From the human T2T-CHM13v2.0 reference genome, Homo sapiens: a stretch of DNA of 64,000 nt. The stretch lies in assembly GCA_009914755.4 (NCBI GenBank), contig CP086569.2, forward strand, positions 47,808,001 through 47,872,000, read 5' to 3'. Positions 1-27,277 of this stretch are shown here, one piece after another. How positions within the stretch are numbered: the first letter of the stretch is position 1; the number at the start of each line of letters is the position of its first letter. The translations under genes and the position numbers were made by a program. The notes beneath the pieces are model-generated. The model ran no database searches. It saw only the letters and a list, made by a program, of their open reading frames with translations, and had not been told where the DNA came from.

Positions 1-120
1 TTTTGGATTTTTAGTAGTGACAGCGTTTCACTGTATTGGCCAGGATGGTCTTGATCTCTTCACCTTGTGATCCCCTTGCCTTGGCCTCCAAATTTGCTGG
101 GATTACAGGCCTGAGCCAAG
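1..120 (-). mobile_element. Alu SINE, 5' portion truncated by window edge (unit 1)
   Basis: Reverse-complement Alu body ...ttttagtagtgacagcgtttcactgtattggccaggatggtcttgatctc...gctgggattacaggcctgagccaag. The Alu is primate-specific. Confidence 0.9.
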
Positions 121-685
121 ATCCATATTTTTTAAATGAAAAAAAATTTCAAAGGTACTCTGCTTGGTACAATAATCAAATGTATAAACTGAGGAATAAA
201 ACATAACCATGAAACCTACTTATAACTGCATATGGAAAATACAGAGGATAATTTTTTAAATAACATATTTTGAAAGCCTTAACTAGTAATTTGAAGAGTT
301 GGCATTTGAAAGGCCAGTATGAATATACCTTCAAAGCAGCAACACAGGTTCCCCATGAGAAAAAGCAAACTCAGGGAAAATAAAACCACAAAGGTTCAAT
401 CTCTTCTGACCTTTGAAAGACACAGCACAGACAGTGGTCCTTAGGACGAAGAGCAGGAGACCCCTAATTCCGTCACCATGGCGATAGGGCATAAACATTG
501 CTGGGTGAGGGCACAATCCACATTGTGAGGTCCAACTGCTGCCAGGAAGACAGGAGTGCTTTTACATAGACCGAAAGGTCATTGAAGGCTCAGAGTTTTG
601 TTTCAAGAACTGAATCCCAAGCCCACACGTTATTAGGCTGCGCTTCTTAAAACAAGCTATGAGATGGGAAAAAGGGCACCCACAA

Positions 686-2246
686 ACATACGTATACATT
701 ATGTATACAATAATATACAGTATCATATATATAATATATATAACCTATGTATAATATTGTTTTACATCCTGCATCTTATACTATATATATTGTATAAAAT
801 ATAATAATTGATAATATATAAGTTTTATATTTATATTATATGACATATATTATATATTATAATTTATGATATATATATTATATGTTATATATCATATATA
901 GAATATATTATACGGTTAATATACGTATTAAATATAAATTATATATTATATACATTATATATAATATATCTGTTATATATAATACCCATTATGCATAATA
1001 TATATATTATGTCTATGTTATATATAGTATAAAACAACATATAATAATATATAATTGTATATATAAAAGGTGACATATAATATATATTATATTTTATGAC
1101 ATATGTAATATATATTATATATTATATATAATACGTTGTATGTATAATACCTATATTAAATATATATGATATGACTATGTTATTAATTACATGTCACATG
1201 TGTTATATATTATATATTTTACATACAATATACCGGTTACATACAATATATACTATCTTACCTACAATGTATAATTTATTACATGTAAAATAAAGAATGC
1301 AGTATATTATGTATAATTTATAATATACAATATGTGGAATGTGATATATATAACATATAATATATGATATATGATATACACTATATGATATATAACATAC
1401 AATATATGATACCTAATATATATGGTATACAATATATATTTTATGATATGTATTCTATATGTTTTTTATTCTGTTATATATAACTATTTGAAATTATATA
1501 TAACTGTATAATATTTTATGTAAATATGTAATATAATATATATAACTATATAATATATTATATATAACTTTATATTATGTTATATATACTTTTATAACAT
1601 AATTTACATAAAATATCATAATATAATATGTATTATATTATTTCTTATTACATAATATATATTACATATCACCCAATATAAGTAACATACATAATATTAT
1701 AATATAGATTATATTATGTTATATTAAATATCATATATATCATGTATCATATATTCTATAATATATATTACACATTATATAATATGTATGTTGTCTATTA
1801 TGTGATATATATAACTATATATATAATTATATTATTATACATATAACTAGATAAACGTGTAATTCTACATATTTTCATTTATAATATATAGAATTATGTA
1901 ATCATATATAATTATTTATATTCTATAAAAAATTATATCATTATATAAATTATAATATATAAAAATTAAAATATGTACTTAAAACAGATATATTATATAT
2001 CATATATGATATAGTACCTTTGTTATATATCATAATACATATAAATGTGTATTATGTTATCTATAATTATATAATTTCGTATATAAGATGTATAATATGT
2101 ATTATATATTTTATATGCTATGTAATATATATAGTATATATAAGATGACACAGGATAAATATTATATACTATGACATATAAAATATAAGAGGTTATATGT
2201 TACATATAAGTCATACCACATAAGATGTAATATATATCATATATAA
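686..2246. repeat. AT-rich low-complexity block of unit 1 (~1.56 kb, TA/TATA/TATG-type degenerate)
   Basis: Strongly A+T-dominated sequence made of TA-rich words with many short AT palindromes (e.g. tatatcatatatgatata). It is homologous base-for-base to the blocks in the other units, so it is not a freely slipping pure microsatellite. Confidence 0.85.
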
Positions 2247-2540
<294 letters not shown>

Positions 2541-3105
2541 ATCCATATTTTTTAAATGAAAAAAAATTTCAAAGGTACTCTGCTTGGTACAATAATCAAA
2601 TGTATAAACTGAGGAATAAAACATAACCATGAAACCTACTTATAACTGCATATGGAAAATACAGAGGATAATTTTTTAAATAACATATTTTGAAAGCCTT
2701 AACTAGTAATTTGAAGAGTTGGCATTTGAAAGGCCAGTATGAATATACCTTCAAAGCAGCAACACAGGTTCCCCATGAGAAAAACAAACTCAGGGAAAAT
2801 AAAACCACAAAGGTTCAATCTCTTCTGACCTTTGAAAGACACAGCACAGACAGTGGTCCTTAGGACGAAGAGCAGGAGACCCCTAATTCCGTCACCATGG
2901 CGATAGGGCATAAACATTGCTGGGTGAGGGCACAATCCACATTGTGAGGTCCAACTGCTGCCAGGAAGACAGGAGTGCTTTTACATAGACCGAAAGGTCA
3001 TTGAAGGCTCAGAGTTTTGTTTCAAGAACTGAATCCCAAGCCCACACGTTATTAGGCTGCGCTTCTTAAAACAAGCTATGAGATGGGAAAAAGGGCACCC
3101 ACAAA
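2541..3105. other. Complex, non-repetitive ~565 bp segment of the unit (representative copy)
   Basis: This segment begins right after the Alu: atccatattttttaaatgaaaaaaaatttcaaaggtactctgc ... ccgtcaccatggcgatagggcataaacattgc ... cacacgttattaggctgcgcttcttaaaacaag ... gggcacccacaaacatacg. It has no simple-repeat character and retains several CpGs. The same segment lies in every unit at Alu_end+1 to Alu_end+565. Confidence 0.8.
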
Positions 3106-4665
3106 CATACGTATACATTACGTATATAATAATATACAGTATCATATATATAATATATATAACCTATGTATAATATTGTTTTACATCCTGCATCTTATAC
3201 TATATATATTGTATAAAATATAATAATTGATAATATATAAGTTTTATATTTATACTATATGACATATATTATATATTATAATTTATGATATATATATTAT
3301 ATGTTATATATCATATGTAGAATATATTATACGGTTAATATACGTATTAAATATAAATTATATATTATATACATTATATATAATATATCTGTTATATATA
3401 ATACCCATTATGCATAATATATATATTATGTCTATGTTATATATAGTATAAAACAACATATAATAATATATAATTGTATATATAAAAGGTGACATATAAT
3501 ATATATTATATTTTATGACATATGTAATATATATTATATATTATATATAATACGTTGTATGTATAATACCTATATTAAATATATATGATATGACTATGTT
3601 ATTAATTACATGTCACATGTGTTATATATTATATATTTTACATACAATATACCGGTTACATACAATATATACTATCTTATCTACAATGTATAATTTATTA
3701 CATGTAAAATAAAGAATGCACTATATTATGTATAATTTATAATATACAATATGTGGAATGTGATATATATAACATATAATATATGATATATGATATACAG
3801 TATATGATATATAACATACAATATATGATACCTAATATATATGGTATACAATATATATTTTATGATATGTATTCTATATGTTTTTTATTCTGTTATATAT
3901 AACTATTTGAAATTATATATAACTGTATAATATTTTATGTAAATATGTAATATAATATATATAACTATATAATATATTATATATAACTTTATATTATGTT
4001 ATATATACTTTTATAACATAATTTACATAAAATATCATAATATAATATATATTATATTATTTCTTATTACATAATATATATTACATATCACCCAATATAA
4101 GTAACATACATAATATTATAATATAGATTATATTATGTTATAGTAAATATCATATATATCATGTATCATATATTCTATAATATATATTACACATTATATA
4201 ATATGTATGTTGTTTATTATGTGATATATATAAGTATATATATAATTATATTATTATACATATAACTAGATAAACGTGTAATTCTACATATTTTCATTTA
4301 TAATATATAGAATTATGTAATCATATATAATTATTTATATTCTATAAAAAATTATATCATTATATAAATTATAATATATAAAAATTAAAATATGTACTTA
4401 AAACAGATATATTATATATCATATATGATATAGTACCTTTGTTATATATCATAATACATATAAATGTGTATTATGTTATCTATAATTATATAATTTCGTA
4501 TATAAGATGTATAATATGTATTATATATTTTATATGTTATGTAATATATCTAGTATATATAAGATGACACAGGATAAATATTATACACTATGACATATAA
4601 AATATAAGAGGTTATATGTTACATATAAGTCATACCACATAAGATGTAATATATATCATATATAA
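3106..4665. repeat. AT-rich low-complexity block (unit 2)
   Basis: Homolog of 686-2246. Confidence 0.85.
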
Positions 4666-4959
<294 letters not shown>

Positions 4960-5524
4960 ATCCATATTTTTTAAATGAAAAAAAATTTCAAAGGTACTCT
5001 GCTTGGTACAATAATCAAATGTATAAACTGAGGAATAAAACATAACCATGAAACCTACTTATAACTGCATATGGAAAATACAGAGGATAATTTTTTAAAT
5101 AACATATTTTGAAAGCCTTAACTAGTAATTTGAAGAGTTGGCATTTGAAAGGCCAGTATGAATATACCTTCAAAGCAGCAACACAGGTTCCCCATGAGAA
5201 AAAGCAAACTCAGGGAAAATAAAACCACAAAGGTTCAATCTCTTCTGACCTTTGAAAGACACAGCACAGACAGTGGTCCTTAGGACGAAGAGCAGGAGAC
5301 CCCTAATTCCGTCACCATGGCGATAGGGCATAAACATTGCTGGGTGAGGGCACAATCCACATTGTGAGGTCCAACTGCTGCCAGGAAGACAGGAGTGCTT
5401 TTACATAGACCGAAAGGTCATTGAAGGCTCAGAGTTTTGTTTCAAGAACTGAATCCCAAGCCCACACGTTATTAGGCTGCGCTTCTTAAAACAAGCTATG
5501 AGATGGGAAAAAGGGCACCCACAA

Positions 5525-7083
5525 ACATACGTATACATTATGTATATAATAATATACAGTATCATATACATAATATATATAACCTATGTATAATATTGTT
5601 TTACATCCTGCATCTTATACTATATATATTGTATAAAATATAATAATTGATAATATATAAGTTTTATATTTATACTATATGACATATATTATATATTATA
5701 ATTTATGATATATATATTATATGTTATATATCATATATAGAATATATTATACGGTTAATATACGTATTAAATATAAATTATATATTATATACATTATATA
5801 TAATATATCTGTTATATATAATACACATTATGCATAATATATATATTATGTCTATGTTATATATAGTATAAAACAACATATAATAATATATAATTGTATA
5901 TATAAAAGGTGACATATAATATATATTATATTTTATGACATATGTAATATATATTATATATTATATATAATACGTTGTATGTATAATACCTATATTAAAT
6001 ATATATGATATCACTATGTTATTAATTACATGTCACATGTGTTATATATTATATATTTTACATACAATATACCGGTTACATACAATATATACTATCTTAC
6101 CTACAATGTATAATTTATTACATGTAAAATAAAGAATGCAGTATATTATGTATAATTTATAATATACAATATGTGGAATGCGATATATATAACATATAAT
6201 ATATGATATATGATATACAGTATATGATATATAACATACAATATATGATACCTAATATATATGGTATACAATATATATTTTATGATATGTATTCTATATG
6301 TTTTTTATTCTGTTATATATAACTATTTGAAATTATATATAACTGTATAATATTTTATGTAAATATGTAATATAATATATATAACTATATAATATATTAT
6401 ATATAAATATATATTATGTTATATATACTTTTATAACATAATTTACATAAAATGTCATAATATAATATAGATTATATTATTTCATATTACATAATATATA
6501 TTGCATATCACCCAATATAAGTAACATACATAATATTATAATATAGATTATATTATGTTATATTAAATGTCATATATATCATGTATCATATATTCTATAA
6601 TATATATTATACATTTTATAATATGTATGTTGTCTATTATGTGATATATATAACTATATATAATTATATTATTATACATATAACTAGATAAACATGTAAT
6701 TCTACATATTTTCATTTATAATATATAGAATTATATAATCATATATAATTATTTATATTCTATAAAAAATTATATCATTATATAAATTATAATATATAAA
6801 AATTATAATACGTACTACAAATATATATATTATATATCATATATGATATAGTACCTTTGTTATATATCATAGTACATATAAATGTGTATTATGTTATCTA
6901 TAATTATATAAATTCATATATAAGATGTATAATATGTATTATATATTATATATGTTATGTAATATATATAGTATATATAAGATGACACAGGATAAATATT
7001 ATATACTATGACATATAAAATATATGAGGTTATATGTTACATATAAGGCATAGCACATAACATGTAATATATATCATCTATAA
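5525..7083. repeat. AT-rich low-complexity block (unit 3)
   Basis: Homolog of 686-2246. Confidence 0.85.
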
Positions 7084-7377
7084 TTTTTTTTTAGACAGAG
7101 TCTTGTCCTGTTGCACAGGATGGAGTACAATGGCGCCATCTTTGCTCACAGCAACATCTGCCTCACGGGTCTAAGCGATTGTCCTCCCTCAACCTCCCAG
7201 GTAGCTGGGACTACACCACACTGGGACTACACCAGCTGCCACCAGGCCTAGCTAATTTTTTGGATTTTTAGTAGTGACAGCGTTTCACTGTATTGGCCAG
7301 GATGGTCTTGATCTCTTCACCTTGTGATCCCCTTGCCTTGGCCTCCAAATTTGCTGGGATTACAGGCCTGAGCCAAG
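7084..7377 (-). mobile_element. Alu SINE (unit 4)
   Basis: Reverse-complement Alu running from a poly-T to ...gcctgagccaag. It is of the ttggatttt subtype. Confidence 0.9.
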
Positions 7378-7942
7378 ATCCATATTTTTTAAATGAAAAA
7401 AAATTTCAAAGGTACTCTGCTTGGTACAATAATCAAATGTATAAACTGAGGAATAAAACATAACCATGAAAGCTACTTATAACTGCATATGGAAAATACA
7501 GAGGATAGTTTTTTAAATAACATATTTTGAAAGCCTTAACTAGCAATTTGAATAGTTGGCATTTGAAAGGACAGTATGAATATACATTCAAAGCAGCAAC
7601 ACAGGTTCCCCATGAGAAAAAGCAAACTCAGGGAAAATAAAACCACAAAGGTTCAATCTCTTCTGATCTTTGAAAGACACAGCACAGACAGTGGTCCTTA
7701 GGAGGAAGAGCGGGAGACCCCTAATTCCGTCACCATGGCGATAGGGCATAAACATTGCTAGGTGAGGGCACAATCCACATTGTGAGGTCCAACTGCTGCC
7801 AGGAAGACAGGAGTGCTTTTACATAGACCGAAAGGTCATTGAAGGCTCAGAGTTTTGTTTCAAGAACTGAATCCCAAGCCCACACGTTATTAGGCTGCGC
7901 TTCTTAAAACAAGTTATGAGATGGGAAAAAGGGCACCCACAA

Positions 7943-9792
<1,850 letters not shown>

Positions 9793-10357
9793 ATCCATAT
9801 TTTTTAAATGAAAAAAAATTTCAAAGGTACTCTGCTTGGTACAATAATCAAATGTACAAACTGAGGAATAAAACATAACCATGAAAGCTACTTATAACTG
9901 CATATGGAAAATACAGAGGATAATTTTTTAAGTAACATATTTTGAAAGCCTTAACTAGTAATTTGAAGAGTTGGCATTTGAAAGGACAGTATGAATATAC
10001 CTCCAAAGCAGCAACACAGGTTCCCCATGAGAAAAAGCAAACTCAGGGAAAATAAAACCACAAAGGTTCAATCTCTTCTGACCTTTGAAAGACACAGCAC
10101 AGACAGTGGTCCTTAGGACGAAGAGCAGGAGACCCCTAATTCCGTCACCATGGCGATAGGGCATAAACATTGCTGGGTGAGGGCACAATCCACATTGTGA
10201 GGTCCAACTGCTGCCAGGAAGACAGGAGTGCTTTTACATAGACCGAAAGGTCATTCAAGGCTCAGAGTTTTGTTTCAAGAACTGAATCCCAAGCCCACAC
10301 GTTATTAGGCTGCGCTTCTTAAAACAAGTTATGAGATGGGAAAAAGGGCACCCACAA

Positions 10358-12205
<1,848 letters not shown>

Positions 12206-12770
12206 ATCCATATTTTTTAAATGAAAAAAAAATTCAAAGGTACTCTGCTTGGTACAATAATCAAATGTATAAACTGAGGAATAAAACATAACCATGAAAG
12301 CTACTTATAACTGCATATGGAAAATACAGAGGATAATTTTTTAATAACATATTTTGAAAGCCTTAACTAGTAATTTGAAGAGTTGGCATTTGAAAGGCCA
12401 GTATGAATATACCTTCAAAGCAGCAACACAGGTTCCCCATGAGAAAAAGCAAACTCAGGGAAAATAAAACCGCAAAGGTTCAATCTCTTCTGACGTATGA
12501 AAGACACAGCACAGACAGTGGTCCTTAGGAGGAAGAGCAGGAGACCCCTAATTCCGTCACCATGGCGATAGGGCATAAACATTGCTGGGTGAGGGCACAA
12601 TCCACATTGTGAGGTCCAACTGCTGCCAGGAAGACAGGAGTGCTTTTACATAGACCGAAAGGTCATTGAAGGCTCAGAGTTTTGTTTCAAGAACTGAATC
12701 CCAAGCCCACACGTTATTAGGCTGCGCTTCTTAAAACAAGTTATGAGATTGGAAAAAGGGCACCCACAAA

Positions 12771-14624
<1,854 letters not shown>

Positions 14625-15189
14625 ATCCATATTTTTTAAATGAAAAAAAATTTCAAAGGTACTCTGCTTGGTACAATAATCAAATGTATAAACTGAGGAA
14701 TAAAACATAACCATGAAACCTACTTATAACTGCATATGGAAAATACAGAGGATAATTTTTTAAATAACATATTTTGAAAGCCTTAACTAGTAATTTGAAG
14801 AGTTGGCATTTGAAAGGCCAGAATGAATATACCTTCAAAGCAGCAACATAGGTTCCCCATGAGAAAAAGCAAACTCAGGGAAAATAAAACCACAAAGGTT
14901 CAATCTCTTCTGACCTTTGAAAGACACAGCACAGACAGTGGTCCTTAGGACGAAGAGCAGGAGACCCCTAATTCCGTCACCATGGCGATAGGGCATAAAC
15001 ACTGCTGGGTGAGGGCACAATCCACATTGTGAGGTCCAACTGCTGCCAGGAAGACAGGAGTGCTTTTACATAGACCGAAAGTTCATTGAAGGCTCAGAGT
15101 TTTGTTTCAAGAACTGAATCCCAAGCCCACACGTTATTAGGCTGCGCTTCTTAAAACAAGTTATGAGATGGGAAAAAGGGCACCCACAA

Positions 15190-17042
<1,853 letters not shown>

Positions 17043-17607
17043 ATCCATATTTTTTAAATGAAAAAAAATTTGAAAGGTACTCTGCTTGGTAGAATAATCA
17101 AATGTATAAACTGAGGAATAAAACATAACCATGAAAGCTACTTATAACTGCATATGGAAAATACAGAGGATAATTTTTTAAATAACATATTTTGAAAGCC
17201 TTAACTAGTAATTTGAAGAGTTGGCATTTGAAAGGACAGTATGAATATACCTTCAAAGCAGCAACACAGGTTCCCCATGAGAAAAAGCAAACTCAGGGAA
17301 AATAAAACCACAAAGGTTCAATCTCTTCTGACCTTTGAAAGACACAGCACAGACAGTGGTCCTTAGGACGAAGAGCAGGAGACCCCTAATTCCGTCACCA
17401 TGGCGATAGGGCATAAACATTGCTGGGGGAGGGCACAATCCACATTGTGAGGTCCAACTGCTGCCAGGAAGACAGGAGTGCTTTTACATAGACCGAAAGG
17501 TCATTGAAGGCTCAGAGTTTTGTTTCAAGAACTGAATCCCAAGCCCACACGTTATTAGGCTGCGCTTCTTAAAACAAGTTATGAGATGGGAAAAAGGGCA
17601 CCTACAA

Positions 17608-19458
<1,851 letters not shown>

Positions 19459-20023
19459 ATCCATATTTTTTAAATGAAAAAAAATTTCAAAGGTACTCTG
19501 CTTGGTACAATAATCAAATGTATAAACTGAGGAATAAAACATAACCATGAAACCTACTTATAACTGCATATGGAAAATACAGAGGATAATTTTTTAAATA
19601 ACATATTTTGAAAGCCTTAACTAGTAATTTGAAGAGTTGGCATTTGAAAGGCCAGTATGAATATACCTTCAAAGCAGCAACACAGGTACCCCATGAGAAA
19701 AAGCAAACTCAGGGAAAATAAAACCACAAAGGTTGAATCTCTTCTGACCTTTGAAAGACACAGCACAGACAGTGGTCCTTAGGACGAAGAGCAGGAGACC
19801 CCTAATTCCGTCACCATGGCGATAGGGCATAAACATTGCTGGGTGAGGGCACAATCCACATTGTGAGGTCCAACTGCTGCCAGGAAGACAGGAGTGCTTT
19901 TACATAGACCAAAAGGTCATTGAAGGCTCAGAGTTTTGTTTCAAGAACTGAATCCCAAGCCCACACGTTATTAGGCTGCGCTTCTTAAACAAGTTATGAG
20001 ATGGGAAAAAGGGCACCTACAAA

Positions 20024-21579
20024 CATAAGTATACATTATGTATATAATAATATACAGTATCATATATATAATATATATAACCCATGTATAATATTGTTTT
20101 ACATCCTGCATCTTATATTATATATATTGTATAAAATATAATAATTGATAATATATAAATTTTATATTTATACAATATGACATATAGTATATATTATAAT
20201 TTATTACATATATAATATATGTTATATATCATATATAGAATATATTATACGGTTAATATACGTATTAAATATAAATTATACATTATATATATTATATAAA
20301 ATATATCTGCTATATATAATACCCATTGTGCATAATATATATATTATGTCTATGTTATATATAGTATAAAACAACATATAATAATATATAATTGTATATA
20401 TAAAACGCGACATATAATATATATTATATTTTATGACATATGTAATATATATTATATATTATATATAATACGTTGTTTGTATAATACCTATAATAAATAT
20501 AAATTATATGACTATGTTATTAATTTCATGTCACATATGTTATATATTATATATTTTACATAGAATATACCGGTTACATACAATATATACTATGTTACCT
20601 ATAATGTATAATTTATTACATGTAAAATAAAGAATGCAATATATTATGTATAATTTATAATATACAATATGTGGAATGTGATATATATAACATATAATAT
20701 ATTATATATGATATACAGTATATGATATATAACATACAATATATGATACCTAATATATATGGTATACAATATATATTTTATGATATGTATTCTATATGTT
20801 TTATATTCTGTTATATATAACTATTTGAAATTATATATAACTGTATAATATTTTATGTAAATATGTAATATAATATATAACTATATAATATATTATATAT
20901 AACTATATATTATGTTATATATACTTTTATAACATAATTTACATAAAATATCATAATATAATATATATTATATTATTTCATATTACATAATATATATTAC
21001 ATATCACCCAATATAAGTAACATACATAATATTATAATATAGATTATATTATGTTATATTAAATATCATATATATCATGTATCATATATTCTATAATATA
21101 TATGATACATTATATAACATGTATGTTGTCTATTATGTGATATATATAACTATATATAATTATATTATTATACATATTACTAGATAAACATGTAATTCTA
21201 CATATTTTCATTTATAATATATAGAATTATATAATCATATATAATTATTTATATTCTATAAAAAATTATATCATTATATAAATTATAATATATAAAAATT
21301 ATAATATGTACTACAAATATATATATTATATATCATATATGATATAGTACCTTTGTTATATATCATAATACATATAAATGTGTATTATGTTATTTATAAT
21401 TATATAATTTCATATATAAGATGTATAATATGTATTATATATTATATATGTTATGTAATATATATAGTATATATAAGATGACACAGGATAAATATTATAT
21501 ACTATGACATATAAAATATATGAGGTTATATGTTACATATAAGGCATAGCACATAACATGTAATATATATCATATATAA
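20024..21579. repeat. AT-rich low-complexity block (unit 9)
   Basis: Homolog of 686-2246. Confidence 0.85.
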
Positions 21580-21872
<293 letters not shown>

Positions 21873-22437
21873 ATCCATATTTTTTAAATGAAAAAAAATT
21901 TCAAAGGTACTCTGCTTGGTACAATAATCAAATGTATAAACTGAGGAATAAAACATAACCATGAAACCTACTTATAACTGCATATGGAAAATACAGAGGA
22001 TAATTTTTTAAATAACATATTTTGAAAGCGTTAACTAGTAATTTGCAGAGTTGGCATTTGAAAGGCCAGTATGAATATACCTTCAAAGCAGCAACACAGG
22101 TTCCCCATGAGAAAAAGCAAACTCAGGGAAAATAAAACCACAAAGGTTCAATCTCTTCTGACCTTTGAAAGACACAGCACAGACAGTGGTCCTTAGGACG
22201 AAGAGCAGGAGACCCCTAATTCCGTCACCATGGCGATAGGGCATAAACATTGCTGGGTGAGGGCACAATCCACATTGTGAGGTCCAACTGCTGCCAGGAA
22301 GACAGGAGTGCTTTTACATAGACCGAAAGGTCATTGAAGGCTCAGAGTTTTGTTTCAAGAACTGAATCCCAAGCCCACACATTATTAGGCTGCGCTTCTT
22401 AAAACAAGTTATGAGATGGGAAAAAGGGCACCTACAA

Positions 22438-24292
<1,855 letters not shown>

Positions 24293-24857
24293 ATCCATAT
24301 TTTTTAAATGAAAAAAAATTTCAAAGGTACTCTGCTTGGTACAATAATCAAATGTATAAACTGAGGAATAAAACATAACCATGAAACCTACTTATAACTG
24401 CATATGGAAAATACAGAGGATAATTTTTTAAATAACATATTTTGAAAGCCTTAACTAGTAATTTGAAGAGTTGGCATTTGAAAGGCCAGTATGAATATAC
24501 CTTCAAAGCAGCAACACAGGTTCCCCATGAGAAAAAGCAAACTCAGGGAAAATAAAACCACAAAGGTTCAATCTCTTCTGACCTTTGAAAGACACAGCAC
24601 AGACAGTGGTCCTTAGGACGAAGAGCAGGAGACCCCTAATTCCGTCACCATGGCGATAGGGCATAAACATTGCTGGGTGAGGGCACAATCCACATTGTGA
24701 GGTCCAACTGCTGCCAGGAAGACAGGAGTGCTTTTACATAGACCGAAAGGTCATTGAAGGCTCAGAGTTTTGTTTCAAGAACTGAATCCCAAGCCCACAC
24801 GTTATTAGGCTGCGCTTCTTAAAACAAGTTATGAGATGGGAAAAAGGGCACCCAAAA

Positions 24858-26712
<1,855 letters not shown>

Positions 26713-27277
26713 ATCCATATTTTTTAAATGAAAAAAAATTTCAAAGGTACTCTGCTTGGTACAATAATCAAATGTATAAACTGAGGAATAAAACATAACC
26801 ATGAAACCTACTTATAACTGCATATGGAAAATACAGAGGATAATTTTTTAAATAACATATTTTGAAAGCCTTAACTAGTAATTTGAAGAGTTGGCATTTG
26901 AAAGGCCAGTATGAATATACCTTCAAAGCAGCAACACAGGTTCCCCATGAGAAAAAGCAAACTCAGGGAAAATAAAACCACAAAGGTTCAATCTCTTCTG
27001 ACCTTTGAAAGACACAGCACAGACAGTGGTCCTTAGGACGAAGAGCAGGAGACCCCTAATTCCGTCACCATGGCGATAGGGCATAAACATTGCTGGGTGA
27101 GGGCACAATCCACATTGTGAGGTCCAACTGCTGCCAGGAAGACAGGAGTGCTTTTACATAGACCGAAAGGTCATTGAAGGCTCAGAGTTTTGTTTCAAGA
27201 ACTGAATCCCAAGCCCACACGTTATTAGGCTGCGCTTCTTAAAACAAGCTATGAGATGGGAAAAAGGGCACCCACAA

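Noticed and set aside
491-515. Possible CTCF-like motif (cattgctgggtgagggcac, or gctgggggagggc in units 8 and 21) in the complex segment
   Set aside because: It has only a loose resemblance to the CCASYAGRKGGCRS core, and I cannot score it without a matrix scan. It is noted only as something to test.
331-516. A 61-aa minus-strand ORF (MCPHPAMFMPYRHGDG...) present in nearly every unit of the ORF track (331, 5170, 7588, 12415 ... 63183)
   Set aside because: It recurs only because the unit is tandemly repeated. Copies vary freely at nonsynonymous positions, and units 2 and 13 carry a 1-bp frameshift (gagaaaaacaaact). The codon at 514-516 is caa (reverse complement TTG), not ATG. It lies in an intergenic-looking primate repeat with no gene context. 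I judge it not a coding gene.
2596-2935. Overlapping minus ORFs of 70-84 aa (MVLFSLSLFFSWGTCVAALK... / MSFYFPCV... / MCCVFQRSEEIEPL...) in some units
   Set aside because: They are alternative frames of the same complex segment and appear only where point mutations remove stops. They are inconsistent between units, so they are not genes.
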